Assembly: GCF_009914755.1 (NCBI RefSeq)
Contig: NC_060930.1
Reading direction: 5' to 3' (one strand)
Source of the DNA: the human T2T-CHM13v2.0 reference genome, Homo sapiens
Length of the DNA: 64,000 nt
A program made the position numbers and the translations under genes. Below, one piece after another: positions 33,675 through 57,178 of the stretch; within the stretch, counting starts at the first letter, position 1; each line of letters opens with the position of its first letter. Below the pieces are notes generated by a model. That model was not told where the DNA came from. It searched no databases and was given only the letters and a program-made list of their open reading frames with translations.

Positions 33675-35557
33675 CTAAAAATACTAAGTAGTTACAGAAA
33701 GTAATGACCTATATTTTCCTTTATGAGACTCTTTTTAATAAGAGTTTAACTTAAATAAATACAATACACCTAAGGCTAGTATAGGGTGGTTTTTCTAGCT
33801 CCACCTTTTAACTGTTCTTAGCCTCTTCAGGACACAAATTTTATTTTGTTTATTAAAACCATGTGAAGTGGCATTGTTACTATCCCTTGCCCTCCTTTTT
33901 ATAAAAAATTGAGGAAGAAACTGAGGCTCAGAAAGACTGAGTAGTCTTTCTAGACCACGAAGCTAGTTAAGTTATGGTTCCAGGATTTAAAGCCTGACAA
34001 CTGACCCCAGGATCAACATTTAATCACTAGGCTATCACTGTGATGTGAGATAATCTATGTACTAAAAAGCCATATCAGACCATATAAAAGACAGGCTAGA
34101 CAGTAAGTAAACTTGTAACCATGCCCTCTGTTTGCCCTTACTCTGAGAAGATTTCTATTAAGTTTGCAATATGAGGCAATCTCTGCTATGACTTCATGAT
34201 AAGGAAAAAATCATGCTGGTCCTTTGCTGCCCTCTTATGGAAGATGTACATAGATATACAAAAAATTCCCAGCCAATAACTGCAGTCTAACTTTGCCACC
34301 ATAACTAAACTATTTCAGGTGTACCTAGCTTTACATGATAGATAAGATTCTAGAACAATGCAACTGGTACATAAAAGGTACTCAGTGAACGTGCAGAACT
34401 GCAATGAAAACTTTCTGTCTCTTTGATATGCACTAAGCGCTTGATCTTATAAAAATCCTATGATAAATTATTTAAATGGCAAATCGCCCTCCAATTTAAT
34501 TGTTGTGGTATACAGATTTATATATATCATATTTATTTAACATTATAAAATGTTATCATGTGGCCAATTTATTCACAATAAAGGTATGAATAAAATAATA
34601 ATCTAAAAATGTCAGTTTAATCACTTGTTTCAAGCAACTTTGTCTCTTTTTAAGGCCAAAATCTAACAAATAATCTAAGTGAATGGTTTGAGTTTCTTCT
34701 AATTTCTTGCTCTTTATTTAATCTCTGTTTGTTGTGACCATGATTTCTCTTAGGAGAGACTAAGTGTCTTGAACTCTGAGATGGGCCTAAACAATTCAAA
34801 ACAAAATCTATGAAGAGCATTGCTCGAAGTTTTAATGTAGGGAAATAGTTCTCTCCCTAGCCATTTTGGTTTTGACAAGGCTGTGAACGATTAAACACTA
34901 AAACCGATAATCTTATGGAGGCAAAACAGTGAGTGATTTTTGCAACTAAACAGCAATGAAAATTATTTCACTAAGTTATGGATGGTCTTACATGGATGAG
35001 CTTATGCAAGAGCACTTCTCCAGGCTCTCTACTAGAATGGAGTGTTTAGATCCTTAGAGTTAGACTTCACCTGGCTCTCTTCACCAGTACAAAAGGCTAC
35101 ATACCTCACTGAGATGTGTGATGTATATCATTCCTAAATATTGGGTAGCTATTACAGTTTTTTTTTAAAAGTATCAAAAAATATTGCCTAGATGTAGCTT
35201 TATCACAGAACATGCTAATTTTTCAAAGGCTTTCCTAATTCATGTCTTCCTCCCTATTTTCGATATTACACTAGTTCAGGCTCTTACAATTTTACGTTCA
35301 TCCATCAAACACTGTATTTCTTGAGCACCTACTATTATGTGTAAGCACTGTGTTAGCAGGTAGGCCAGAGTGATAAACAAAAGAGACATGGTCTGATCTC
35401 ATATAGTTTATAGTCTAATAAGAAAACAAACAAACAGGCCGGGTGCGGTGGTTCACGCCTGTAATCTCAGCACCTTGGGAGGCCAAGACAGGCGGATCAC
35501 CTGAGGTCGGGAGTTTGTGACCAGCCTGACCAACATGGAAAAACCCTGTCTCTACTA

Positions 35558-35835
<278 letters not shown>

Positions 35836-38489
35836 TTAAGAAAGTTATAGAAAAAAACAGGTCCTAATTTATCTAGGAACCAGAGGGAAAGCTGTTATTT
35901 AGATAAGGGCTATCTGTGAGACGGACATTTAAGCCAACACTTGAAAAATAAGTCATGGTGATCAAGAGGAAGAGTGAGAACAGAGAAATCCAGGCAGTAG
36001 AAATATCAAAAACCCTAAGCTTTAATGTAGGAAAAAGCATGGCATGTTTTAGGATTAACACAAGGGCCAGTGTGGCTGAAAGATTAAACTGAAAAATAGG
36101 CAAGGTTTAAATAATCAAGGCTTTACAGCCACATTAAGAAGTTTGACTTTTATTTGATTTTTATTCCAAGTAATACAGTACATATATATAATTTCCCAAT
36201 AAGTATTTTGGAAATTATTTTATTCATGATTTGGAAAATACAATCCTAAGAACAGATCTGCATGATAGAAAGATAATATGTATTCTAGAATTCTGAATCC
36301 TTTTTTTTTAATTATTATTTTTATGTATTTATTTTTGAGACAGGTCTCACTCTGTCACCCAGGCTGGGGTGCAGTGGCGCAATGACAGCTCACTGCAACC
36401 TTGAACTCCTGGTCTCAAGTGATCCTCCCACTTCAGCCTCCTGAGTAGCTGGGGCTATAGGCATGCTGCACCATGCCCGAATTCTGAATCCTTTACTGGA
36501 AACCTCACCTTTCCTCCAGTCACAAGGACCCCCCTGGGCTTCCATACTGCACTCGTCCCACTTCCTGACCTGAGGACACACCCAGCAATACCACTTCCTC
36601 TCCTACAGTAAGGCTAGCACTTTCTGGGACCCAAACCTAGCCTAGTTATGACACCTAAACACAAACTAAGCCACAACCTACTTATCCAGTCACAGCCAGT
36701 ACCAAGGAGCCCTGGACTCTTTCTAACTCTTCCTATGTCAATGGCTGACCAAAGACCAATTGCATTGAAGAAGTTTTATAATATATGATTTACTAACTAA
36801 GGCATAACAAAGAAGAATAAACAACCTGTTTTTGAAAGCAAATTCTAAAAGTGAAATTTGCAACTATATGGATATTGTTAGCAAAAATATGTCTATGCTA
36901 CATTTGTCCCATTTTAAAAAATGAATATGCATTTATTTAGAAAATATCTCCTAAATACATACCGTATCCTAGACATATTTTCAAAATGCAGAAGCACACA
37001 GTAGAAACTAAAGTTATTTTTCATTAAAAAGTGCAATTTATATTAGCAAATAATGGGTTTATTGATATTTTAAGTGAATTAATAAAAATTTTTACATTTC
37101 TCAATGTTAATAGATTACAACAAGTATTAGCAGGTATTACCTTCATAAATAAAAGCTCTTCGATCATTTTTAAGGCCATAAAGGGGTCCTCAGACCAAAA
37201 TGTTTGAGAACCACTGTCACTGGTTCAGGAAGAGACTAAAAAGAGGAAAGAAAGTTAGGAAGATGGTTTTGTAGGCATGAATGCCTGTTTTAGTATACCT
37301 ATAGAGGGAATGAATCACATTTGAGACAATATGAATTAAGGACATTAACATCCCTAAATATTAATAGCTAAAGATTTGTGGTATCTCTCTTATTATATAT
37401 TCAAAATAAAACAACATTAAGCCATAGAATAAATGTGATGAAATCCAACATATCTCTGAGATTTTCTGATTTCAATGATCTTTTTGAAATATCAAGTAAC
37501 ACAACCTTCCACCCACACCATACATTTTTAGATTCTCTTGTTTTGATGATACCCAAAACGTGCTCATTGTAAATACTAGGCAAACAGGCTCCTTGCTACT
37601 CTAAGTGACTTCCATTAACCAGTACCAGCATCCCATGGGAACTTGCTGGAATTGCAAAAGGGAAGACCTCACCCCAGACCTACTAAATCAGAATCCACAT
37701 TTTAGAAAGATTCCCTAGATGATTTTTACATGCGGTGGACTTTGAGAAACACTGGGCTAACTAATATAGATGCTTAGGAATTCGTCATTGATCAATGTTA
37801 GATCCATAGAAAAGAAGAAATTTCAAAGGACTTACAGGATGGATGGTGATTATAACGTTATGAAATGACCCTTTGATAATGTATTCAATTCTCTGGCACA
37901 TGAAATTGATATTTTATTTGCGATACACATAGTAAAACAAATATATATTCTCCAGCTTTCACAGAATGTATAAAACATAGTAAACAGATTTCCAGGATCT
38001 GTGTAATGAATTTTTGGAATCCACGCTTATGTTATTATGCTAAAAATTCATGAGAGAACCTTTGCTTCCTGCTATATAGAACAGCAGGAACCAGACTTAA
38101 CCTGCTTAATAACTAGAAAACCAGACAAAATATAAAACCAACTGTGTCAGATGCTGGACAACAGATAGCACAGCACTATGATCCCTAGGAGCAGAGAAGC
38201 AAATGAAGAGAGCCCTAAAACTACTACAGTTTTTGGCCTGAATGCCATTACAAACTGCAGAAGAGGGAAGAGAATTTCAAGTAGACCACAGTAGTGCAGA
38301 TAAATTGAGGTATTTAGAGGCTAGTCTTCTGAGAGTCTGAAGTAACTGAAAGTTGCAGGGCAGGGACCTGGAGAGGTGGGAGACAGACAGAAAAAAATGT
38401 GAATAGGGGTGTGATTTTACATGAGGCTGCACAAAGAGGAATTACGTGACTATGAGCTGGATGGTTCCAGTATTGCACATACAACTGAA

Positions 38490-41540
<3,051 letters not shown>

Positions 41541-42309
41541 TCAAGAACAGAAGATTAAGTCTTTCATACTCCTGTTCCAACTAGTTAGACTCCACAACAG
41601 GTAACATGACTGAAACAGAACTCTATTTAGTTTCCCCCAACTTTCAGTCTCTATCTTGGTAAGTAGCAACTGTATCTGTTTAACTGCCCAAACCAAAATT
41701 CTTTAAGTCACTTTCTCTTGAATTCCACATCCCATCAATCAGTGAATCCTATAACTTCTCCCTTCAAAATATATCCAGAACCCAATCATTTTTCCCTACT
41801 TACACCCTGATCGAAACTAACACCATCTCTCACAGAGATTACTTAAATACTCTCCTAATTGGATTGCATCTTCCTCCCCTGGTCCCTTGCAGTCTATCTC
41901 CATATGGCAGCCAAATGAGCCTTCTAAAACAAATCAGGTCACTCCTCAACCCTGAACTTACTCTGTCCAGTAAACTTTTTTTTCAAAATAATTATTTTTA
42001 TTTTTATTTTATAGAGATAGGGTTTCCCTATGTTGCCCAGGCTGGCTCGAACTCCTGGGCTTAAGGGATCTTTCCACTTCAGCCTCCCAAAGTGACACAA
42101 TTACAGGCCTGAGCCACTATGCCCAACCTGTCCAGTACACTTTCAGTGAAATCTAAATCCTACAAACTCCCTTTCCTGCATTACTTCCTACTCCCTTAAT
42201 CACCCTACTCTCATCGCACTGGCCTCTGCCATTTTCAGCAAGTTGATAAACCCAATTTATAATATAATTCTATTTTTAGAAAACACTACAGGCCCAGCAC
42301 GGTGGCTCA

Positions 42310-42645
<336 letters not shown>

Positions 42646-43869
42646 CTATTCACCTACGGTTAGCAGGATTATAAATTTTAATTTTTAAAAAGTTTTTCCT
42701 ATTGTGAAAAATTATTTCTAATTCATGTGTTACTTATAATAAAGTATATGAAAAGCTGTGTATCAAACACACAATATATTGTATAAAATATATGAAAAGC
42801 TGTGGATCAAACCCCATACCCCTACTGTGGTTAATAGTATTTAAGTATATTCAAAATCTGGAAATAAATCATACATGTCACCAAAAAACCACAACAAAAG
42901 AAAAATTTGCCTGCAGTAATACAGCATTTACTAACAATACATGCTGCAGGCACTTCCACTCATTATTTCATCTTACTCTCATAATAATTCTATGCAATCA
43001 GAACCATTATCCCCATGTTACTGTGTAAAATGAGGCTCAAAAAAGTTAAACTCTTTGAAATTGCACAGTAAGTTGTGAAGCCCAGGTCTGCCTGACTTGA
43101 ATGCTCACGTTCTAAATACTAATCTAGCTACTGCCTCATCACATAGTAGTTACAAGCAACAGTGCAAAGTTGAAATAACCTAGACATACAATAACAAAGG
43201 AAAAAGAGTGTAGTTATAAAAATGCTTACTGAAACTAGAATTATGTATGTAAAAATTGGGAGACATGTTACATGAAAGAGCAAACTATCATATTCTACAC
43301 GTGAGTACAAGAAAATTTAACATTTCATATGGAAAAAAGCCAAAATAAACCAATATATTCAAGTTGGTTCAGTGTGGGTAATGGAACTCTGGGTGATTTT
43401 CATTGTTTTGCTTTGTTATCCTTTGGTTTGCACCAAAATTGCTTCAATACTAACAACAAAAACAACAAAAACAAATTACGTTCTCATAAACTTTGTTTTG
43501 TAACAAAGGAAAATTCTGCCCAGTGTTCCAAACACCTCAAAGTTCCAAGTCTAGGTCTAAACCAGAGTCGTTAAGTATTCTCTGAAAAGCGATCTACTCT
43601 TAATTGACATCTGGCGACTCTACATGGACCAATGGCTTCCTCCGCAGGATGTTATGATCTTTATTTTGTTTGTAGCCTACGGAAGAATGAGCCTATTAAG
43701 AGCTTATTGAGATTGATGATTGCACAGTGTAGCTTGAAAGGTCCAAATTTAATCCGTTTCAACGGGAGGAACAAAATTCAAAACTGTTTTCAAAGTATTT
43801 CGAGAATGTGTCCCTTATCTGGAAGTAATACTTAAAACGAAGCAAACAAAGACGGTAAGAGAAAGTCAC

Positions 43870-44500
43870 AAATGCAAGCTCGCGCCCGAAGCCAGCCTCG
43901 GGCAGGTACACTTTGGTGTGGTGTGGCGGCGGCAGGGCGCCAAGCGCCGTGGTTTTTACGGTCTCGTCAGCAAGCAGGGCCGACCTCCGCTTTATCGGAC
44001 AGGACCAACGCAGGATCCGGGGCGCGGCGGCGACAGGGCCCCGAGGCAGATGCCCGAGCTAGAACTCTGGCGCCTACTTACTCCTCGGCCGGCCCGGCTG
44101 CTCCGAAAAACGACCTCACAGGAATGGCTGCAAGAGCGCCGCCGCCGGCAGGGGCTGAGGAGAACGAGCCTGGGGCTCCGGGCCCAGAGATGAGACGCTC
44201 TGGCTGGGAAGCAAGGAGCATCGGCACCGACGGATAGAGGCCGGTGGCCCTCAGGTTGAGCAGGCGGCTTCGGGGCGGGGAGAGAAGGGACCAAGGCCCA
44301 CCGCAGGCCTCAGATCCTCCCACGCCTCCCCGCTGCTACCCAACGATGACGCAAGTACGCATGCGCCTCCCCAGCTGCCGCTGGGAAGAGCGCGCTCCCC
44401 AGGGCCCCGCCCCCTCCAAGGATTTCCGGGGAGGCGGGTTCCACTGCTGACTTACCGGTTTTACTCCTCTGCTCAAAAGGCGCCTGCCCGAGGCCGCTTT
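43870..44500. promoter_or_regulatory. CpG island / promoter-like element ~2.5 kb upstream of PRPF4B
   Basis: High CpG density; NRF1-like tacgcatgcgc 44356-44366, GC boxes (ggggcgggg, ccccgcccc), ETS-like tttccgg; - strand GTAAGT donors at 44081 and 44455. Confidence 0.8.
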
Positions 44501-45459
44501 CCGTTGCAAAGGTTCCTGAATTTGGGGAGGAAGAGCAGCAAGACTGAAATATTGGGCATACGTTTGTTGCTTCATAAACGTTTGCTGAATGAATAAACTG
44601 ATACGCCGATGTTTGCTTTAATTGTAACTCCCCCTGCCGCAGTTCCCAGTCTTTGAAAATTACAACAGCAACATAGTTTTGGGCGTGTCCTTGACAAATG
44701 TGTTTCATTCCCCAGGTAGTACCGTGCAAGTGAACTTGGTGAGAATTTTTTCAAGGAAATTTTTGCCAGCATCGATTTTTGAAACTTAGTTTTTACCATG
44801 CTCTTTAAAAAAATAAAGACTTGGTTTGTTCAAATACCAACTTTAGTCACACAATCTGGCTTCAGCACCTATTGTTCGGGCCCCATATATCGTTCTCCAC
44901 ACTTAGGATGCTTCATCTCCACATAAAGCATAACTGCAAAATACACAGGGCAGAAGGAGACCTGGGAGATAATACTATGGTTGCAGAAATTAAGACCAGC
45001 CTGAGCTCTCGACAACAAGAAAGAGACACAGCGAAAACAAGGCATTTATTTATAATAGGCTCTTGCAAGCAAGGAAAAATAAGGCATTTTCTGATTCGAA
45101 CGTAGTGCTCTATTACCCCTACTCAACAAACATTTGAATGCCAAAGAGCTGTGGGGGTGGATGCTTAACAAGCAGATGCTAAGCGAGGTTATATTTTTGT
45201 AGGAAGCAGCCTGATAAGAAAAGAGCAGATTTTCGAGTCAGATTTTAGTTCAAAAATCAGCTTTGTACTTGGGAACTCAATCATAAGCAAATTACCTTAC
45301 CTCTTAGTGTCGGTTTGTTCATGTGTAAAACGTGTTAATAGTACCTGACCCAATCTCTTGCCTTCAAGTATATCACTCTATTTCCAAGATGAGATCTCTC
45401 ACAGTTCTACTACGTACACCGTTAATTTTAACATTATTTAAAAATAGTTTACTAAGTTT

Positions 45460-46235
45460 ATTTCATTTATTTATTTGAGACGGCGTTTTTGCTTTTGTTG
45501 CCCAGGCTGGAGTGCAATGGCGCGATCTCGGCCTCCCGGGTTCAAGCGATTCTCTTGCCTCAGCCTCCCGAGTAGCTGAGACTACAGGCGCCACCACGCC
45601 GGCTAATTTTTTGTATTTTTAGCAGAGACGGAGTTTCGCTATGTTGGCCAGGCTGGACTCGAACTCTTGAGTTCAGGCAATCCGCCCGCCTCGGCCTCCC
45701 AAAGTGCTAGAGGATTGCAGGCGTGAGCCACCGCGCCTGGCCCTAACATTTCAAAACATTTGGAATTCAGGCAACAAGAGACATTTTGTAAGAACATTTA
45801 AAACCCTTCTCCCCTGGAAATCAAGAGATATGTATGGAGTCTGGAGATTCCGAACTCAATTTTCTAGGACAAAGGCAAACTCAGATGATTACAAGAATGA
45901 AAGTGATCGTCACGCTGCTTCCAGGTTCCAAAGTATGGATAATTTTTTTTTTTTTTTGAGATGGAATCTTGCTCTGTCGCCCAGGCTGGAGTGCAGTGGC
46001 GTGATCTCAGTGCAAACTCCGCCTCTCGGGTTCAAGCGATTCTCCTGCCTCAGCCTCCAGAGTAGCTGGGATTATAGGCGAGCGCCACCACGCCCGGCTA
46101 ATTTTTTGTATTTTTAATAGAGACGGGGTTTCACCATGTTGGCCAGGCTGGTCTCCAAATCCTGGCCTCAGGTGATCCGCCCGCCTCGGCCTCCCAAGGT
46201 GCTGGGATTACAGGGGTGAGCCACAGCGCCAGGCC
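45460..46235 (-). mobile_element. Two antisense Alus between the CpG islands
   Basis: 45460-45742 and 45943-46235, CpG-rich. Confidence 0.9.
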
Positions 46236-46849
46236 GAGAAATATTTTTTTAAAGAGGAATTAAAGAACCTAATTGGTTTTGAGAGTTCTCCAAGAGCCAG
46301 TAAATGTTTTCCCCACAATATTCCATTCTACCCCATTACTGTAGAGTCGTTATAGAAGAAAACAAAATCACATAACGCAACTTGGGCCAAAAAACATTAC
46401 ACGTTCCAATTACGGAAATAACGAACTGAATCGTGTCACCCTTGAACTATGTAAAAGTTGAAAAGATGTTCAGTGTTAAATGTAGTAACAGTTCCACATT
46501 AAAAGATATTTACGTTCGAGTTTACAGTATTTAAAAATGCCTTTCTACACACTTTCCCGGGAAGGTAATGCCACTTCAGTTGAGCTGTCTAGCGAGATGG
46601 TTAAGCATTTACTGTGTCTCTAACACCGACCAGGGGAAATATCATCAATTCGTTTGCCCGAGTTTAAGAGAATTTTCACCCAACTTCTAATCTCCTCAGC
46701 CAATCAGTTCTTGGAACCGCACACCCGATGCCGACATCCCTCTCTTGTTGGCTCCCCTCGTTAGCGGGATTCAATAACTAAACGTCCATTTCTAGCATTG
46801 ACTGAAGAGCTCAAGCTTGACACTCGACCTCAATCCTTAGCAGCACCGC

Positions 46850-47470
46850 CCACCATGCTCCCGGAAGCTGCGACACTACGCCCTGCGCTAGTCCCGGGAC
46901 GTGGGGTTTTATATCCGGATTCTTAGCGCGGACTCAGAACCCAGCTCTTCCCTACGCGGTCGGCACATGCGCGGCAGCTCTTTTCCTTCTTCCTCCACTT
47001 CCCCTACCCTCCACCGTCCGGGAGCCGCCGCCACCGCCGCCGAGGAGTCAGGAAGTTCAAGATGGCCGCCGCGGAGACCCAGTCGCTACGGGAGCAGCCA
47101 GAGTAAGTAGTCTCTGTGAGTGGGCCAGAAGCTGGAGCCCGGGGACTGCCGAGTGGGAGCTGCACGGGGTGGCGGGAAAGTTCGGGCCTAACGGCGAGAG
47201 TCAAACTTTGCTTTTTCCGGCGCGATTCGTTGTGGGGTGGGAGGCATGGGGAGCAGGCGGCCTTCGAGCTTCCTTCTCCCAGAGGCCGTGGCTGCTGGGG
47301 TGAAGGCGGCCGCGGCCTGCCGCGCGTCGTTGCCCCGGGAGGCGTAGGCGCGAGCGGCCTCTACAGGTCCGGTGCGCGTGGCGGCTGCCGCGGCAGTGAG
47401 GTCGCGCTTTCCTATGCCTCTTTTGGGGACCCATCTGAGCTCCCTGGCCGCAGCTCTTAGCGGCATCTGT
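46850..47470 (+). promoter_or_regulatory. PRPF4B: PRPF4B CpG-island promoter and 5' UTR
   Basis: CpG-rich; ETS ccggaag 46861 and caggaagt 47049, NRF1-like gcacatgcgc, pyrimidine tract ctcttttccttct 46978, YY1-like caagatggccgcc overlapping the ATG. Confidence 0.85.
47062..47102 (+). CDS. PRPF4B: PRP4 kinase exon 1 coding part (MAAAETQSLREQPE)
   Basis: Strong Kozak aagATGG, GA|GTAAGT donor, phase 2 joins exon 2 in frame. Confidence 0.95.
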
Positions 47471-49369
47471 GTTGGGGACACGAGGGTCAGTGGCAGCAGG
47501 CGGGCCAAGCCCTAAGTCTTTTCTTCCTCATGCGGTACCCCCAGTCGTCCTTTTACTGGTGTCAGTTTAGGACCTGAAAGCAGAGAGCGGAGGTGCTGGG
47601 GTCACACTCTCTGGCCATCCCAGAGCTAGTCTGTGGCTAGCGGGATACTTGATCTCGTCACCTTGTACTCTTTAGTCCAGCAGTCACCCAGTATTGTTTT
47701 GTTTTGTTTTGAGTGCCTACCGGCAGCTTTTTTACCAACTTGCAAACTTGAGGCAAAGTAAGATAGAGTCTTTGGTTTTGAGGCCTGGCATTTTTTTTTT
47801 TTTTTTTTTTTTTTGCCTGAGTTTATAACCCTTCTTTAGGAGGACGAGTGGAAGGAGTAGTGGGAATTGCTAGCTACTGCCAAACCACTTTATGTCTATA
47901 ATTAAGCTAACATTAAGAATCCATGCGGCCAAATGAAAAATGAAAAAAAAAAAAATACGAGTGTATGCTGCAAAGGTTAACCATTGGTTAACTTAAAGCA
48001 GTATTTTGCTGTTCGTGTCTATGTTAGGAAAACTCAAACAAGAACCTTAACAGAGAGAATGGATTTTACGGCAATGTTCCTATAGCGACCGTTTTTTTTG
48101 TTTTGTTTTGTTTTTTGTTTTTTTTTTGCATCTGCACTGTCTGATCTGTTTCCAGCCATCTTAGAAAGAGGTATAGTCTCCCAGCAACTTGTGACTGAGC
48201 GATAGAAGAAATCTTTGCCACCAGACAACCTGACACTTAATTGCTGTGCATCCAGTTTTGGGCTCCTCAATCATCTGCATTACTCAGCTAGGCAGAGAAA
48301 CGGAATTTTTAATTAAGGGCTTTTCAAAACTGCTGTATTATTTTTACAATTTGACTTAGCAGAGAACAAATGGATTCTGAAGTTTTAAATTAGCTTTAAC
48401 CTCTTACTGTTTCTCACCAAGTTCATTGTGTGGCACAATTACAGTGTTTATGCCAGTACCGTGCAGATCTCATGCTATGTGGTTACATTTTCTACTAATC
48501 TGAAAAGTTCTGTAATATTATGTCCATTTATTTGATTTTAGGGATGTTTCAGATTCATTTCCAGGAGTGGGTCAGCCATAGTTTATTCACATACTGTATT
48601 CAAATAATATTAGACTTAATAATTTCAAAAATACATATTTAGGCCTCTGCTGTATGAGTAACAGAGATAATCTTTAATTTCCCTTCCCTTCCCCACAGAG
48701 CACTTGGTGTAAATGGAATATTTGGTCTGTATATGTCTCACTTTCAGTAGTTTGAAAGTATTTAACAAAGAAGATAACCATTTGGTATGAAAGCAAACTA
48801 TGCCTGGTGCTCATAGTGAGTCCCTGAATATAGTGTCTACAACAGTTCTTTAGAGAACACTGAGTAGTTTACAGTTATATAGAATCTATTCAAAACAGAA
48901 AATTTAGAAAGAATAAATATAAGAAGCAGCTTTTAAGCTCCCTGAAGGCTTTAATTCTTTTAACAACCCTATGGAGGTAGATACGTTTATTTTCCTTATT
49001 TTAGAGATGATGAAACTGAAACACAGAGAAATTAAGTAACTTGCTCAAGGTCACACTCAGTGGCACACCCATTTAAACTCAGGCAGTCTGGTTCTAAAGC
49101 CCTGCTGCTAACTATTGTACTGTCTGGCCTCCCACTATACAATGTGGCTTCTTTTTAAATTGCTTGTCAAGTATGAAATTATTTTTGTTTTTTTCCACTG
49201 TCCCAGAAAGATACATTTTTTGATGTGACATGTCTAATTTATTGAGAACTAATTTCTCAAACCTGATTTGGCAAAGCAGAGACCAGAGGGAATGTTTTAA
49301 GACTAGTTGGTCTTTTGGACCCATTCTGATTTTTATAGCTACATTAATTCTTTTTATTCATTTTATTTA

Positions 49370-55890
<6,521 letters not shown>

Positions 55891-57178
55891 TAATGCTTAC
55901 CCATGGTTGGTGAGTTTTTTTTAAATGTTAAAGAGATTGTGAGTAGACAGATGAATTCTTAGGTTGCAAGGATAAACTTACTAAAAGTATAGGAGTATAT
56001 AATATGAAGACCTGACAAAATAATCCATAGCTTCCTCCAAAAATAGTATGATGGCCTGAATCTAGATAATTTAAGGCCACTTTTGGTCTGATATTCTAGG
56101 ATGATGGTTTATTATGGAGTAACTTTTAAAGAGAAAGTTAAATAGTGCTTTTGAACCAGTATTTAACTTGGGATTCTTAAACACCAAGGGCTCGACAACG
56201 TAATTTAGAATCATAAACTTTTTAACTCAGCATAAGCCAAACATTTAAGCACAGAATCCCCCACTTTATTTATTTATTTCCATAGCATCTGTTAATGTGA
56301 ATGTATTTTGGGAAACTGAGTTCTCATTTGAAATTCAGAGAGATTAAATCACTTGCTGAATGAATATTGGGCTGTACTGTATTAAATTACTGATATTAGA
56401 CTTGTTGACTTACAAAAGGCCCTTCCATGTGGTTCAGCCTAATGTCGTATGATTGCTTACTACAAGCCTAGAGTCCTAACTTCCGGTTTAGTTCACTTTG
56501 AAGATTCAACTTGTGAGGATGTGTTTATACTATCACCATCATCAGTATCAGCTACCAATGCACATTGATTGAGTGCTTATTTTGGGTATAGCTCAGTATT
56601 GGCTCTAGAGTTTTGTTTTGTTTTGCTTTGTTTTTAAGGTATAAGATGAAATCTGCTCAAAACAAGTGACCTGCTGGGTTTACTGTAGAGACACCAAGTT
56701 TCATGAATTTCAAGTGGAGAAGGAGATTAGTCTTCCAGTGTATGTTAATAGTTAGTAGGTCTTATTAAAAAAGAAAACGGGCCCTTTGGTTGTTAATGTG
56801 TGAGAAATGTTGGTTTAAAAATTAAGTTACTGAGTGGCTTCTTGGACTAAATCAATGTTAATGAGGTTTTGCTGTGCCTGGTTTGCTTTTCCCTTTTTCT
56901 CTAACCTGTACTTTTTAAGCTCACTCCATTAGGGATTTCCTCTAATACTTTTGGTGAGTTCAACCATTAGAAACACAATAAAGTTGTATCACTATCCAAC
57001 TCAGTTCTTGCCGTAGACCTTCTTTGAAATAAAATGTCTGAAGCTGTTCTGAAAAAATTTTAGTGACTGACTTCATGTATTACATTGAGATGTATTTTCT
57101 CATTACTGTTATTTTCTTATGGCTCTTTGAATACTTGATAAATGATATGATTTTAAAATGTGTTTGATATATTTATAG

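Noticed and set aside
43872-44729. Multiple overlapping GC-rich ORFs
   Set aside because: Expected from stop-poor CpG-island composition; only the - strand frame ending at a donor was retained as a candidate.
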